Source of the DNA: Podarcis pityusensis | Lineage: Eukaryota | DNA: 64,000 nucleotides | Assembly (NCBI GenBank): GCA_964106645.2 | Contig: OZ067052.1 | Strand: one strand, 5' to 3' | Shown: positions 48,228 to 60,113 of the stretch, piece by piece | Layout of the letters: the number at the start of each line of letters is the position of its first letter | Position numbering within the stretch: position 1 is the stretch's first letter | Position numbers and translations under genes: made by a program | The notes under the pieces: model-generated | Databases searched by the model: none | Seen by the model: the letters and a program-made list of their open reading frames with translations, nothing else | Told to the model about the DNA's origin: nothing

Positions 48228-49413
48228 CTACCTAAGTGTCACATGCAGACAGCGCTGTATTTCTTTCCTAAGGTTCATCTGCATCGTTGCCACCTGCTGG
48301 CGACTCAGTGCTTTGTCACAAGACTGGTAAGTGATCCTGTAGCAGAGGCTGGTTTGCCCTGTGCCTGGGTGCCGAAAGCTGTCGAGCAGTTGGATAGACA
48401 CCACTGATTCAGAAGACACACACCTGGCAATGGCATGGAGCTGGGTCTCATTAAACTCTTCTGGTTTCGGAACCCAGAAGCTGACGTCATGAACGTAGGA
48501 GACCGGGTAGAGGGAAAAGCTCTTGAACGGACCTAAATGCCCTCCTGCAAACTGATTTAGGAAGCGCTCGTCAGAAGTCCAGAGCATGCGCCAGTCAAAG
48601 ATTTCACATGCATGCATGGCCAGAAGATCAAGGTTCAGTGAAGCACAAATAATTTCTCTATCAATGCTTGTAGGCTGCCACGGCATTGTACTTACGGTCC
48701 CTACACAAAGTTTATCTGCGTCTGGGTCAGAAGTGTCAGGGGTCACACTGAAAAAGTACTTTGATTTAAGGAGCTGAAGTTCAGGATTCGCAAAAGTATT
48801 TAGCTGTGTCTTTGGCTTGTCCGCTGTACAGTCTAGCTTGAAGCCTGAAGGCTGGAGCAGAGCACATAAAGTACTTGTAAGGTTTTCTGCAAGGAGCTGG
48901 CTACACGCTTCTTCTGTGCCCTTATTAACCACACAGATAAAAACGGACTCATGAAAAATGGGCAGAGCATGAGCCGAGAGCTTGCATTTCCTAAATGCCA
49001 GCCCACTGAGGACCAGGAAAGTCCCCAGAGGAAGCTCTCTGTCTCGTACAGTTCTGTGAAGAGAAACAAGAAGGGAAGGTCGGAGACAATAATGTCCAAA
49101 GATCCAATCTCTTTCCCAGCTGATCAAGTTGCCACCCAGATCTGTATCATCCCAGGCAGGAAAGCCAGAAGGAAAGGCAAAGGCCTCTGTATCCGCTGCA
49201 GTTTTATTAACCACAGACTTGGCTTTTGGGTTACTTTGGGCAGCAGGAACCATCCAAGTGGCATCCAGAGTGGAAGAAGAGCTGTGACAATCTTGGAACA
49301 TCAAGGAAAGAGAAGCACTCACTTTCTGAACTGGGAAAGACTTGCCAAGCTCATCAGTGAGCTTTTCGTTTATTGTTCTTATAGGATGTTCCGAATTTGT
49401 ATCCAGGAACCCC
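48228..49413 (-). CDS. FDXACB1: FDXACB1 terminal coding exon
   Basis: Lies within the 426-aa ORF; atag|G acceptor; AATAAA on the minus strand at 48065-48070. Confidence 0.96.
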
Positions 49414-52400
49414 CTATTTAAAAACAGGGAAAAAACAACAGAAAGCAATATTCTTAGGCAAGTCATTAAGCTCGGATTTTGTATTTTAAAGAACAGCACT
49501 CTGTTCATGTAGCGCCAAAATGTGCAAAGGAGCTATATGATCCTTAGTGAGTTTTGCAGGTGGGAAGACCATCTGGCAGCAAATATTTCTTCCAGATGAT
49601 CCAAGACAGACAGGACTATTTGTCTTTTGACAGCTGGAGCCCCCTTCCAGCAGTAACGGCAGCAGGATATCGTGTCTCTAGTAGTTCAAAGCTACAAAGA
49701 GATCCCATGAAGCAGAATTTGAATGCAGCTTTCCCCAGGATTTGGATTCAGCAAACATCCATTAAACCACAATATATTTTATACATTACAAACTTTAGAT
49801 GAAGATTAGACTGTAACGCCAACCATACCTACGCAGAAGTAAATACTAGTCAATGGAACTTGTATCAAAATTAACACTGTGAGGACTGGTCTAAAGATCA
49901 CCCCGGAGCTAAGAAAATAAGATGCCTACTGAATTTTCTACAGTCCTCAACTGAGTGACTATGCTGTATATTTATTAACTTCAAATGGGTGCTGAAACTC
50001 AGTTACATACCTGTTAATCTTATCTAGAAATATCTCTGGAACAAGGAAGGAAACCAACTTTCCTTCCAGTTCTGTTTGACAGATCATAGGCTTGGGATGC
50101 TGAAAAGGCACACTCTGTGTGAATATGTGATTCAAAGCTCCTTCTACATGAAAAGGTTTATCCTGACTCCTGCAAACAAACAAACCAAGAATGGTTAAAT
50201 AGACACTCTTTATTCGCACAAGCATAAAACCAAACAAACTATGCTGAGCTACAAGATCAACAGTAAACCAATTACAGTGGTACCTCTGGTTACGGATGGG
50301 ATCCGTTCCGGAGGCCCGGCCGCATCCTGAAAATTCTGTAACCGGAGGCGCCCTTCTGTGCACGCACGCGGCATGATTGAGCGCTTCTGCGCATGCGTGT
50401 GGCGTGCAGAGCACTTTTGCGCATGCATGCACAGCAAAAGCCGGAAGTATATTACTTCTGGGTTTGCCGCGTTCACAACCCGAAGTTTACATATCCAGAG
50501 GGATATAAGCAGAGGTACGACTGTAGATTCAGGGCCTTGGTATAAATGCCAGGCTGGCTGAAAGTAAATGGTGGAAGGAAGGCATGGGAAACTACTGACT
50601 CTTTCCCCCAGTATCTGTGTAGCACTTAACTGGAGATTGAGATCCAATCCATTCCCTCTATCAACTAACCTGATAAAGTCCTGAGAACCAAAGACAGTTA
50701 AAATGCAGCCTTCCCCATCCTGGTGTCCTCCATGAATTTTTAACTCCCATTACCCTAACCAGCAAGGTCAGTGAGTCAGGGCTGGTGGGAGTCAGCAGTC
50801 AAAAACATCTGGAGGGTACCAGACTGGGAAAGGCTGGTATAAAATATAGCACTCTTGCTGCTAGAGGCAGGAATCTTATAAAGCAACATCCAGCAAAGAA
50901 ACTTCCTTGCTGTTTCTTAAACACGGAGGGAGCTTCAGAAGCAAGAGCAGATGCTAATATGCTGGTTACCATGGCAACACCCACAATGACATCTGGAATG
51001 CCACCATCTGCTGTGCTGTGCTGCAACTTACCTGTAACCTGTACATTTATATCCGCAAGCATCCCCGATGTTAAATGGATGAATGTCGCTCAAAATAAAT
51101 CCTGCCTCCGCTGCCATAGCCACTACTTGCCAGCTGTTATGCCATTCCCTCACAGGCTGGTCTGCAGGGGTACCACCCTGCCCTCTGCAAAGTGCCACAT
51201 GGACCTTGCCTTTCTCTGCCAGGACCTCTGCACAGCTGGAAAAGGAACAGAGGAGTGATGGGTAGCATTCTTTTGTGCCTGAGGCAACACTCTGCTGCCT
51301 TATTAAGCTGTTTCCAAGAAGTCCTTGGATGGTGTTGCTTTTAGCAATATTTTAGGGGGTGGGGGAAGGATTGTGAGAGTTGCACTTTGAGAGGGGAAAG
51401 AGTGTGTTATACGATTGGTTACTGTGCTTGGGCAGGTATGACAAGAAACTTTCAGCAAAAGAAAGATTACAAAGAGAGGGAAACACATAGTGCTTATATT
51501 TTCTCACTAGACCTTATCAGCTCCAAATAGGATCTTTATAGTTCCTCTAACTGGAGGTGCTGGAAAACTTGCAAAAATGAATAGGAACTCCAAGGCGCAG
51601 AATTATTAGTTCTCTGCCCATCACCTCTTGCATGAAAACCCTGGTGCATTTCCCCTACTTATACAGACCATCTGCTACCACACTGCCTCGTTGCACAAAA
51701 CAGCCAATTGCAACAAAGCATTTATTTGTATATAGTGTTTAAAAGAAAGCGCATCAACTAAATATGCCTGCCTGTATAAAACCAGAACATCTGAACTTAG
51801 CTGGCTCACATTTATATCAATTTTATATTGGAGACAGGTTTTGGTGTTAGGTAGCAACATCAACTGAAATTAACACACACCACCTTCCCAGTAACAAGAG
51901 TACATTGACATGGTTCATTTTGGCCTCACCTAAAGAAAAACCTGGCAAGAAGCTCCCTGTTCTTTTTCACTCCAGCTTTTCTCCCACAGTGGGGGAAGTT
52001 GAAATAAATGCAATCAAATTTCCAATCAGCTGGCAAAAAATGCTCCTTCAGTTTTGTGCAGTCAACACAAAAGAGAACTTTAGCACCTGGAATGGTAAAA
52101 GAAAAATGATATGTAAGATACTAGGAGATCATGCAATGCACACTTTAATGGGCACTTGAAAAAGGCAGAATCTTTATTATTATCATTATCTTAATGAGAC
52201 ACTGCCTGGAAGGGTATTCCCAATGCAACAAAGGTAACAACTGAAAGCAAATTTATATATTCTTTAGGCTTGAATTTGCAGGGTCCTCACCCAATACCCA
52301 CATCACAGTTCCTTGCTTCAAGACAAGGTCTTCCACAAATTAATTCACCTAAACCTGATTGTTGTGCCCACAAGTACACAGCAGATACAATAAATAGCTT

Positions 52401-53185
52401 CAAGTGACTCAAGAAGCAAGTCAAGCTAGACTGAAACAAGATCCTTTCCAGCTCTCTAAATGTGCCAAGAATGTAGATGACAATGCTGTAACTGATTCCT
52501 TTTGACTGTGTGACTGTGGCCTGGCTATGGTGGAGCCATGATTTGTTTTCATTTAACTGCTCTGGGAAGTCACTGAACAAGTGGAACAACTTCCACAAGC
52601 ACAATCCAATTTTTCCTCTACCTCCTACAGTTTCTAATAATGTTTTTATTTTCAATTTTCTTCAACTTGCTCTAATCAGATATTGTGAAAATGCAACCGT
52701 GGCTTCTGAACACCATTCATTTCCCTGGTCCCTTAATCCTGCTTCTTCCATCTGACCTACTGCAGGGCAAGTCCAACTTGCTATAAAGAGGAGGACAGAT
52801 GGACTTCCAGTTACTTATTTTGAAGGTTTACATGTCTAGGCAGGATCCTAGCAACCCCATTTATCCTGTGGCATCCCAGCAAGCCCATTATCAGAGTCCC
52901 AAGAAGCCAATTTGCTCTGATGAAAATAGTTCTCCAACAACAGCTATCAGAAATTATGCAACAAACAAGTTTTCTTTTTTGATTTTTCTTCTTCCTTTTA
53001 CCTCTGTCCCTCAGATATTGTATGTTGGACTTGGCAACAGCTTGTCTAGTTGCAGTAGCTTCACTCTCATAGCAAGTAGCAACAATGTAAGCCTCACAAC
53101 TCCTTGCTTCACACAAACTGGCAGAGAAGGAAAAGTTTCCTTCTCCAACTAGGAGGAGACAGGGCTGGTGATGCAGAGGCCTCAT
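48228..53185 (-). CDS. FDXACB1: Ferredoxin-fold anticodon-binding domain-containing protein 1, complete, 5 coding exons, 629 aa
   Basis: Exons 53002-53185, 51930-52086, 51032-51235, 50011-50169, 48228-49413 sum to 1890 nt. N-terminal LLLVGEGNFSFS and FNFPHCG (Bmt5/DUF2431-like), C-terminal FDX-ACB (HDVSFW...SLCYRITYQSCDKAL). Confidence 0.97.
50011..50169 (-). CDS. FDXACB1: FDXACB1 coding exon 4 (SQDKPFHVEGALNHIFTQS...DKIN)
   Basis: AG/GT boundaries, 159 nt. Confidence 0.95.
50275..50523. mobile_element. Tc-mariner/Tigger-like MITE
   Basis: CAGTGGTACCTCTG...CAGAGGTACGACTG TIRs, TA-flanked. Confidence 0.85.
51032..51235 (-). CDS. FDXACB1: FDXACB1 coding exon 3 (CAEVLAEKGKVHVALCRGQGGTPAD...KCTGY)
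   Basis: AG/GT boundaries, 204 nt. Confidence 0.96.
51930..52086 (-). CDS. FDXACB1: FDXACB1 coding exon 2 (AKVLFCVDCTKL...FPHCGRKAGVKKNRELLARFF)
   Basis: AG/GT boundaries, 157 nt. Confidence 0.95.
53002..53185 (-). CDS. FDXACB1: FDXACB1 first coding exon
   Basis: GCCACCATG Kozak; LLLVGEGNFSFS; G|gtaaaa donor. Confidence 0.93.
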
Positions 53186-54114
53186 GGTGGCAAAACCTTA
53201 AGTGGAGAGAAATGTAATAAAAATAATAATTATTATTATTTATATCCCGTCCATCTGGCTGTGTTGCCCCAGCCCCTCTGGGTGGCTTCCAACACATATA
53301 AAAACATAATAAAATGTCAGGCATTAAAAACAAAAAATACAGGAATCAGGCTGGTTTCAAAAACATCTAGAGTTGTCTCCAGTTGGAAAAAGCAGCATTT
53401 GCTAATAATATCCACCAGGCCAGCCTAGCTGCCATGACAGCAATGTAGAAAATCCTTCATGCAGGTCAAAAATTCAAGTTCATAAGCAAGCAAGTATTCT
53501 AATCTTACTTTAACATACACAAATACATGCTGAAAAAAGGTGTATGGTGACAGGAAGCTGGAGACAAAGCCAAGATGTGAATCAAACTAGCAGCAAGCGG
53601 TTTAGATTGTTTCATTAATCATGTTAATTCGATGCCGTGGTTTACCACGCCTTCATTCCTTATACTCCCAACGCTGCAGATATTCTGTACAATTTTTGTT
53701 TTTTAAAAAATACCAATAATGAAGAGTACAGTAAAGATTGAGCATTAAAAAATTAGTAAATTTAGAAAAGCGAGTCCTCTTGGCTCTCTAAAGGTTGGAT
53801 ATACAGGTGAGTAGATTCCCCCCTCCTTGAAGCAGTGGTGAGTCAGTATGAGACTGTAGTAACTCAGTACCTCACACTGAGATTAGGGGAGAGATCCAGG
53901 GTCAATACCCCGAAGCCATGAGGTGACCTTTCTTCAGCTAGTCCACTCCACTCTGCTGCCCTTCAGCCGCTGCTGGGACTATGATGCCCCTTCATTCCTG
54001 ACCAGTCCCTTAAAGCATGTTGTGAGAGAACAAGCTGGAGGAGCTTGAGCCGGGAGAGAATTATGTTTACACCGCCTTGGAGCTCCTTCACGAACTGGCA
54101 GGATATACTGTATG

Positions 54115-54467
54115 CAGTGCTTTTTTTTCCTTAAAAAAATGTTTAGGGTTATTCTCATTTTGACTCAAGAAAATCACCATTTTATAGTTCATATCGGGAA
54201 AAACAGTAAACGGACAAAAGTGCAAAGATTCACAAAATGTTTAGGTGTATGTGTACCCCCAGAAAAAAAGCACTGACTGTACATAGCTGTCAACATTCCC
54301 TTTTTTTGTGGGAAATCCCGCTGTTTCCCGCTGCTATCCCGGATTGTTAGATATCCCGTAGACTGTCCCCGGGACAGGTGAGGCTGCTGACCCCTTATTT
54401 TCGAGGCTCCCTGGGACAGGTAAGGCTGCTGATCCCTTATTTTCAAATCTGAAAGTTGACAGCTATG
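54115..54467. mobile_element. Two abutting hAT-type MITEs (54115-54275 and 54282-54467)
   Basis: TIRs CAGTGCTTTTTTT/AAAAAAAGCACTG and CATAGCTGTCAAC/GTTGACAGCTATG; overlapping TSDs containing ACTGTA. Confidence 0.8.
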
Positions 54468-54494
54468 CGACTGTATGTAAACAAAGAAATAGGG

Positions 54495-54900
54495 GATTCC
54501 TAGGGGGCGTGACATGGGATTGGCCACGCCCCTCTCTTTAGGACCCTCCCTCCCGCAGAGGGCATAAAGAGGCAAAGGACTGTTGCCCCCCCCCCCACGC
54601 CTTTTCCCTTATTCATCGGGTCTTTTAACCCACTTAGGTCTCCCCGCAAACACACCTTTCCACCCTCCCGAAGCCGGCGTCTCGGTATGTTTACGTCACT
54701 TCCGCCAGCGTGCGTCCTTCGCTTCCGGCGCGCGCCGTTTGGGCGGTTGCCTTGGAAACGGCTTCCTGCTTTTCCTTCCCCTTACTCTGCCTTCTTATCA
54801 GGTGGGCATAGGGAAAGGGCCGGGTTCCTCTGAGACCGAGGGGAGGATGGAACGGGGCAGGGGGGGGGCGGAAGGTAAGGGGCCACCTGGCGAAGGGAGC
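54495..54900. promoter_or_regulatory. Bidirectional CpG promoter of FDXACB1 (-) and CFAP68 (+)
   Basis: CpG-rich; GC boxes; ATTGG; TTACGTCA; two ETS cores (CTTCCG); X-box GTTGCCTTGGAAAC 54746-54759; candidate donors at 54801 (+) and 54634 (-). Confidence 0.8.
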
Positions 54901-56133
54901 TGAGGAGAAAAGGAGTCTTTAGGGATGGCTGCTAAAATGGAGCCACCATATTCAGATGCAGCCTACCATCTTTTCCTGTTCTTAACCTTCCTTCCTTCGT
55001 GGTTTTTTTTTTTTTTTTTTGACAATTTACAAAATAATTTTTATTAATTTTCAATTACATTCCAATAACAGCCACATTATAACAATACCAATTTATAATG
55101 CAATTACTAATACCAGTCGTTAAGATACCAAATTATATAATTTAGGTGGCCCCCCCCACATGCTAGAATGCATGGTTTGGTGATTTTCTTTATTTCTGCA
55201 TTCCAAAATCTTATTAATTTCAATTACATTCCAATCATGATAATCCCTTATACAACAATTGCAATATTAAAAATAACATTCAATGATTTATGCCATCATC
55301 ATCATTTTTTGGACAATATTATTGAGGACATCACAGCTAACAGGAGAGCACGAAAGTCTCGGAAGCAGCAAAATTAAATAACAAAATAAGGGAACTTTTT
55401 AATATATCCAAAACACATGTCCATATCACACATGTGGACATAGGTCTCCCTCTGGACGTTGTGGACTCTCCTTCCTTGGAGATTTTAAAGTGCAAGTTGG
55501 ATGGCCATCTGTCATGGATTCTTTAGATTCTTTCATTGGAGGGGGTTGAACAAATGACCCTTGGGGTCCCTCCCAGCTCTGCGATTCTATTATATACATA
55601 TGCACACATATGCACATCTGTTGGTGTATGGCAGGAAGATTGAGTCAGGCGTTGGAGGAACGATGGGTGAGGTGACGCCTCTCCTAATTAGCATGGAGAA
55701 CCCAAGAAAGCAGGTGCTACATGAGCTGGTCAGTCCCTTTTATTCCCAGATTGCAAACCTTCCAGAGGTATATGACTGGCTGGTGCTGGAAACAGAAAGC
55801 TTTGCTTTTTGTGTATTTATTGTAATATTCAGATGTCCTTCTGGCAAGATGTGCAGGGTGGCACAAATGGTTCTCTATTCCACCCCCTCTAATCCTGCTT
55901 TATCATCACAGCAACTATGTTAGGAAGATTAGTCTGAGAGTGACTGGCCAAAGTTCTTCCACTAGACAGATTCTTCCATCTGATCCAGCAAGGTGATTTT
56001 TTGGTTGGGCTCAATGATGCATTGCTCATAGGGGTTTGCAGTACTGTTCAATGCACATTTATTAGAAGTGTGTCCTAATAGCTGCCATGGTGCTTACAAG
56101 TGTGGATAGGCTTGTAAAAAAAAAAAAGTATAT

Positions 56134-56494
56134 GATCCCTGGACGGTTAAGTCTAGTCAAAGGCAACTATGGGGTTGTGGCGTTCATCTTGCTTCAGGCC
56201 AAGGGAGCCGGCGTTTGTGCGCAGACAGCTTTCTGGGTCATGTGGCCAGCATAACTAAACAGCTTCTGGCACAACGGAACACCATGACAGAAACCAGAGC
56301 TCACGGAAACGCCGTTTACCTTCCCACCACAGCGGTACCTATTTATCTACTTGTACTGGCGTGCTTTTGAACTGCTAGGTTGGCAGGAGCTGGGACAGAG
56401 CAACGGGAGCTCACCCCATTGTGGGGATTCGAACCGTTGACCTTCTGATTGGCAAGCCCAAGAGGCTCAGTGGTTTAGACCACAGCACTACCCG
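56134..56494 (-). mobile_element. Sauria/Squam1-type SINE, more diverged copy
   Basis: Aligns by eye with 14427-14780 (GGTACCTATTTATCTACTTG, GGATTCGAACC). Confidence 0.85.
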
Positions 56495-58361
56495 TTGTAG
56501 GCTGTTTTCAAATCAGGTAACTTGCTCATCCCTAAAAGCTTTTTCAAAAGAGCAATAAGGGAGTGAAACCTGCCTTTAAGCATGCACAGATTGCCTTCCA
56601 TTTTGTTTCTGAGCCATCAGAACCAGCGTTATCAGAAGGGAGGGGAGAGCTTTCAGGTACATACCGTGAGTGTATGGCAGGATTGTGTTCCAGTATGTCA
56701 TATGCACAGCTTTGTGCTAATAATGTTTCTGGGAAATTAAATATATCAGGCAATATTGTGCTTATTTAATTTTAAGATATTAAGATACAAGGCTTGTAGC
56801 ATTGGGGTGGTATTCAACTAAGTTTTATTCAGAGCAGTTCCATTGAAATTAGGGGATGTAACTTAGACATGTATGTTAATTTCAGTGGGGCCACTGAATA
56901 CTACCCTTAATTAAAAAGATGGTTCTAGGGAACTTGAGCGGTGAGTTGTACAAATCATTTTTTAAATAATTCTAGGTCTCAAATCTCATCAATATGCAAT
57001 TGACGTGGCTGCTTCAAACATTTGGTAGTATTTCTGCCTGCGTATTATTATGCAGTGCAACCTTTTGAGTGTGTTTACGCCGATCTAAATGCTGCTTATT
57101 TCAATGGGCCTTACTCACTAGTGAGGCTGTCTAGGAATACAGCTGTATCTTAGTGCTTGACCTCCTTGGTGACAAGGTCCGGTCATACTGATTTTTGGAT
57201 AAAAGTCTCTCACCCCATGGATGCTCAGAAACCAGTGACATCAGGACTAGCTGATGATCAGGAAGTTGCATCACAAACAAAAGCAATCAGTTTTTCTGGT
57301 TGCCTGCTCCAGTTCCTCCTGCCACCTTCCTTTGTAAGGGCTGCCAAAAAAACTTCAGCACTTTTTAACATCAGCTGTAGCCTTGAACTTCACTCTACTG
57401 AGGCTGCCCATTTTGGCTGAGATCCTGAGGCAAAATTACAATTAAAACCAAGACAAATAAGCAAGAAAATGTGGGAAAATGTGGATCAGCTCAGTTCTTC
57501 AGTTCTATCAGCTACAACCTCTTCTGATTCAGAGGTATTCCCCTACTGAACTCCAGTTCCAAATTTCAGCACAATCCATCCTTCTAACCTATCCACATGA
57601 TGAAACCATACCCATATGTTTTGGTTAAAATAAGATCTTTCAGCAGTTAATATCACTGTCCAGTGTCAGGGAATCAGACTGATTTTGGTGTGGGACAAGA
57701 ACTGGAAAAGCATAGGGCTGAAAAACAAATTTTAAAAGAATGTAAAGTTGTGTTCTAAAATGTAGAAATAGTTAAATCCCAAGTGTGATGAGGAAGTAAG
57801 TCCCACTAAAGGTGGGTTTTCAGGAGTACACAAGTTTATAATTAGATTGCAAGAGGTGTAGTAGAGGAGCATGTACCATATTAGTGGCATAAAATAAATA
57901 TTAAAAAGTAGTATTAAAGGAGAAACATAATTTTAGGAACAGTGATTAATACTGTCTTTTTTTCCTGAGACATACCTACACAACAGACAAGGAGTATGTG
58001 CATGTGCAGGTTTATTCAAAAGTAAGTTGTACTGATTTCAACTGAACTTTATCTAGTAAGTCAGTGTGTATGGGTTTGCAGTGTTAAAAGGTCATCTTGA
58101 ACATGTTTGCTCTGATGTAAACCACTATATTGGGGCATACAGTTTGTGTGATTAGGATTATAGCCTTAACCTTCTTGAATAGTTACTTCCTTAGGGGGTA
58201 TTAGGAGTTTTCTGAGAAGGCAGCTCAGGACATCTTCAAATACAGTTCCCAGAATTTGCTGAGAGAAGACATGGCACTTGATAGGTTTGTAGTGTAGTTG
58301 TGCCTTCCCTAATACAAGTTGTTTCCTGTCCTCATTTGACGTTTCTGTCTCTTCCTAGGCC

Positions 58362-58586
58362 ATGTCCCTGTCTTGCTTCTTTAACCCCCATCATGGCTGT
58401 TTATTACGCGCCAATGGTCATGGAGAAGTGTGGACAGATTGGAACAGCTCTGCCAAGTTCTTCCAGTATGGCTGGAGGTGCACCACCAACGAAGACTCCT
58501 ACACCAACAAAACCCTCTTGGGGAACTGGAACGAAGAGCGCTATGACATTCGGAAAATACTGCAGCCCAAGCCTCTCCCTTCCCAG
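58362..58586 (+). CDS. CFAP68: CFAP68 first coding exon
   Basis: ctag|GCCATG acceptor and start; CAG|gtcaga donor. Confidence 0.93.
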
Positions 58587-60082
58587 GTCAGAGTACCATA
58601 TTCACTTCGCCCTGTTTGTTAGCTTGTTAACGTAAAGTGAAATATTCAACCCTCTGGCACAGGGGCGACTAACCTGCGGCCCTCTGGATGTTCTTGGACT
58701 TCCATTCCCATCAGCACCAGCATCCAGTTAGGGATTAGGGGAGATGTAATTCAGCAGCATCTGGTGGCCAAAGGTCCTCCACCCATGCTCTAGTACAGGG
58801 GTCAGCAAGGTTTATCTTGCCTGGGCTGGATTGTGCACCCGCGTAAGCTTGCGCCCCCATGATTTTTGGCATCTGCGCAGACGTCATTTTTGGCGCCGTG
58901 GAAGCAAGGCGCTGCGCTGTGGCAGTTTAGTGCAACGCACGAGCAGGCAACTCGGTTCGCGGGTGGCTCGTGGGCCAGTCAAACGACCTCCATGGGCCAC
59001 TTCTGGCCCATGGGCCTCAGGTTGCTGATCCCTGCTCTAGTACTCTGTGTTTAATTTATCTTATAACCTGTTGAACGATTCCAGCCCAGCTTTAGAAGAG
59101 CAAGTGTGAAGATAAGATACTTGAACTGCTTTACTTTCCTGTTCGGCCACGGTGGTTACTGGTCTCTGGAGTCCATCATTCTCTTTCAGGCTAATCTATG
59201 TCACAGTGTTGTGATGAGGATTTAAAAGGCGGGGGCACCATGTAGGCCCCTTGGTGGAAAGGTGGGATATAAATGTTCTGTTGTATTTTATATTTGAAGG
59301 GGAGCTTGGCTGACCTAAATCAGGCATCACCTAGGAGTTCATGTCTGTTGCTCCAAGCTCCAAGGAAGAAGCACATATGTAATACTAGGCAGCATTCCTG
59401 TTTATGATGTTGTCCTTCCTTGCTTTCCGTCTGTTCAGTTTATTTTCTTTGGCTGCAATCCTATGTACACTTCCCTGGGAAAGAGTCCCACTGAACACAT
59501 TTTATGAGTAAACTTGCATAGGATTGCAGTATTAGCCATTTCATCCCACCAAACCCTCCACCACCACATAATACCTAATTATACCCAGCCCTTCTGCCTC
59601 ACTAAGCCAAGCCAAGCCAAGCTGGTATTGCTTTGGTGATAAGGCTCATCCTCTTAAAAGTTCTACATGATTTTTTGTCTAGAAAAAAAAAGGCAACTAA
59701 AGGGGGGCATGATAGAGGTGTACAAAATTATGCACAATACAAGTATATGAATTTGCATGTGGTATGAATAAAATGGGTAAAGAGGCATTTATTTCCCATA
59801 ATACTGGAACCCAGTGTGGTCATCCAATTAATCTGAATGTTACAAGACTTGTGGCAGACAGAAGGAAATTCTTCTTCACAGTTAAACTATGGAATTCACT
59901 CCCACAATATGTTGGGATTGCCACCAACTTAGGCCTTATCTACACTTAGCTTTTGCCTGGTCTTTCCAGGCACGGATCCATGTCCAAGAGATTTTTATTT
60001 TTTTTAACTTGCGAAAACCTGCTCTTAAAAGCTGAAGCACAATAAATGGCAAATCGGGTTTCCTGCAGATTGCTGCAAAGCA

Positions 60083-60113
<31 letters not shown>

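Noticed and set aside
48482-48489. TGACGTCA CRE palindrome
   Set aside because: It lies in FDXACB1 coding sequence (HDVS) and is explained by codons.
48951-49421. 156-aa + strand ORF (and the 157-aa ORF at 50785-51258)
   Set aside because: Antisense shadows of FDXACB1 exons.
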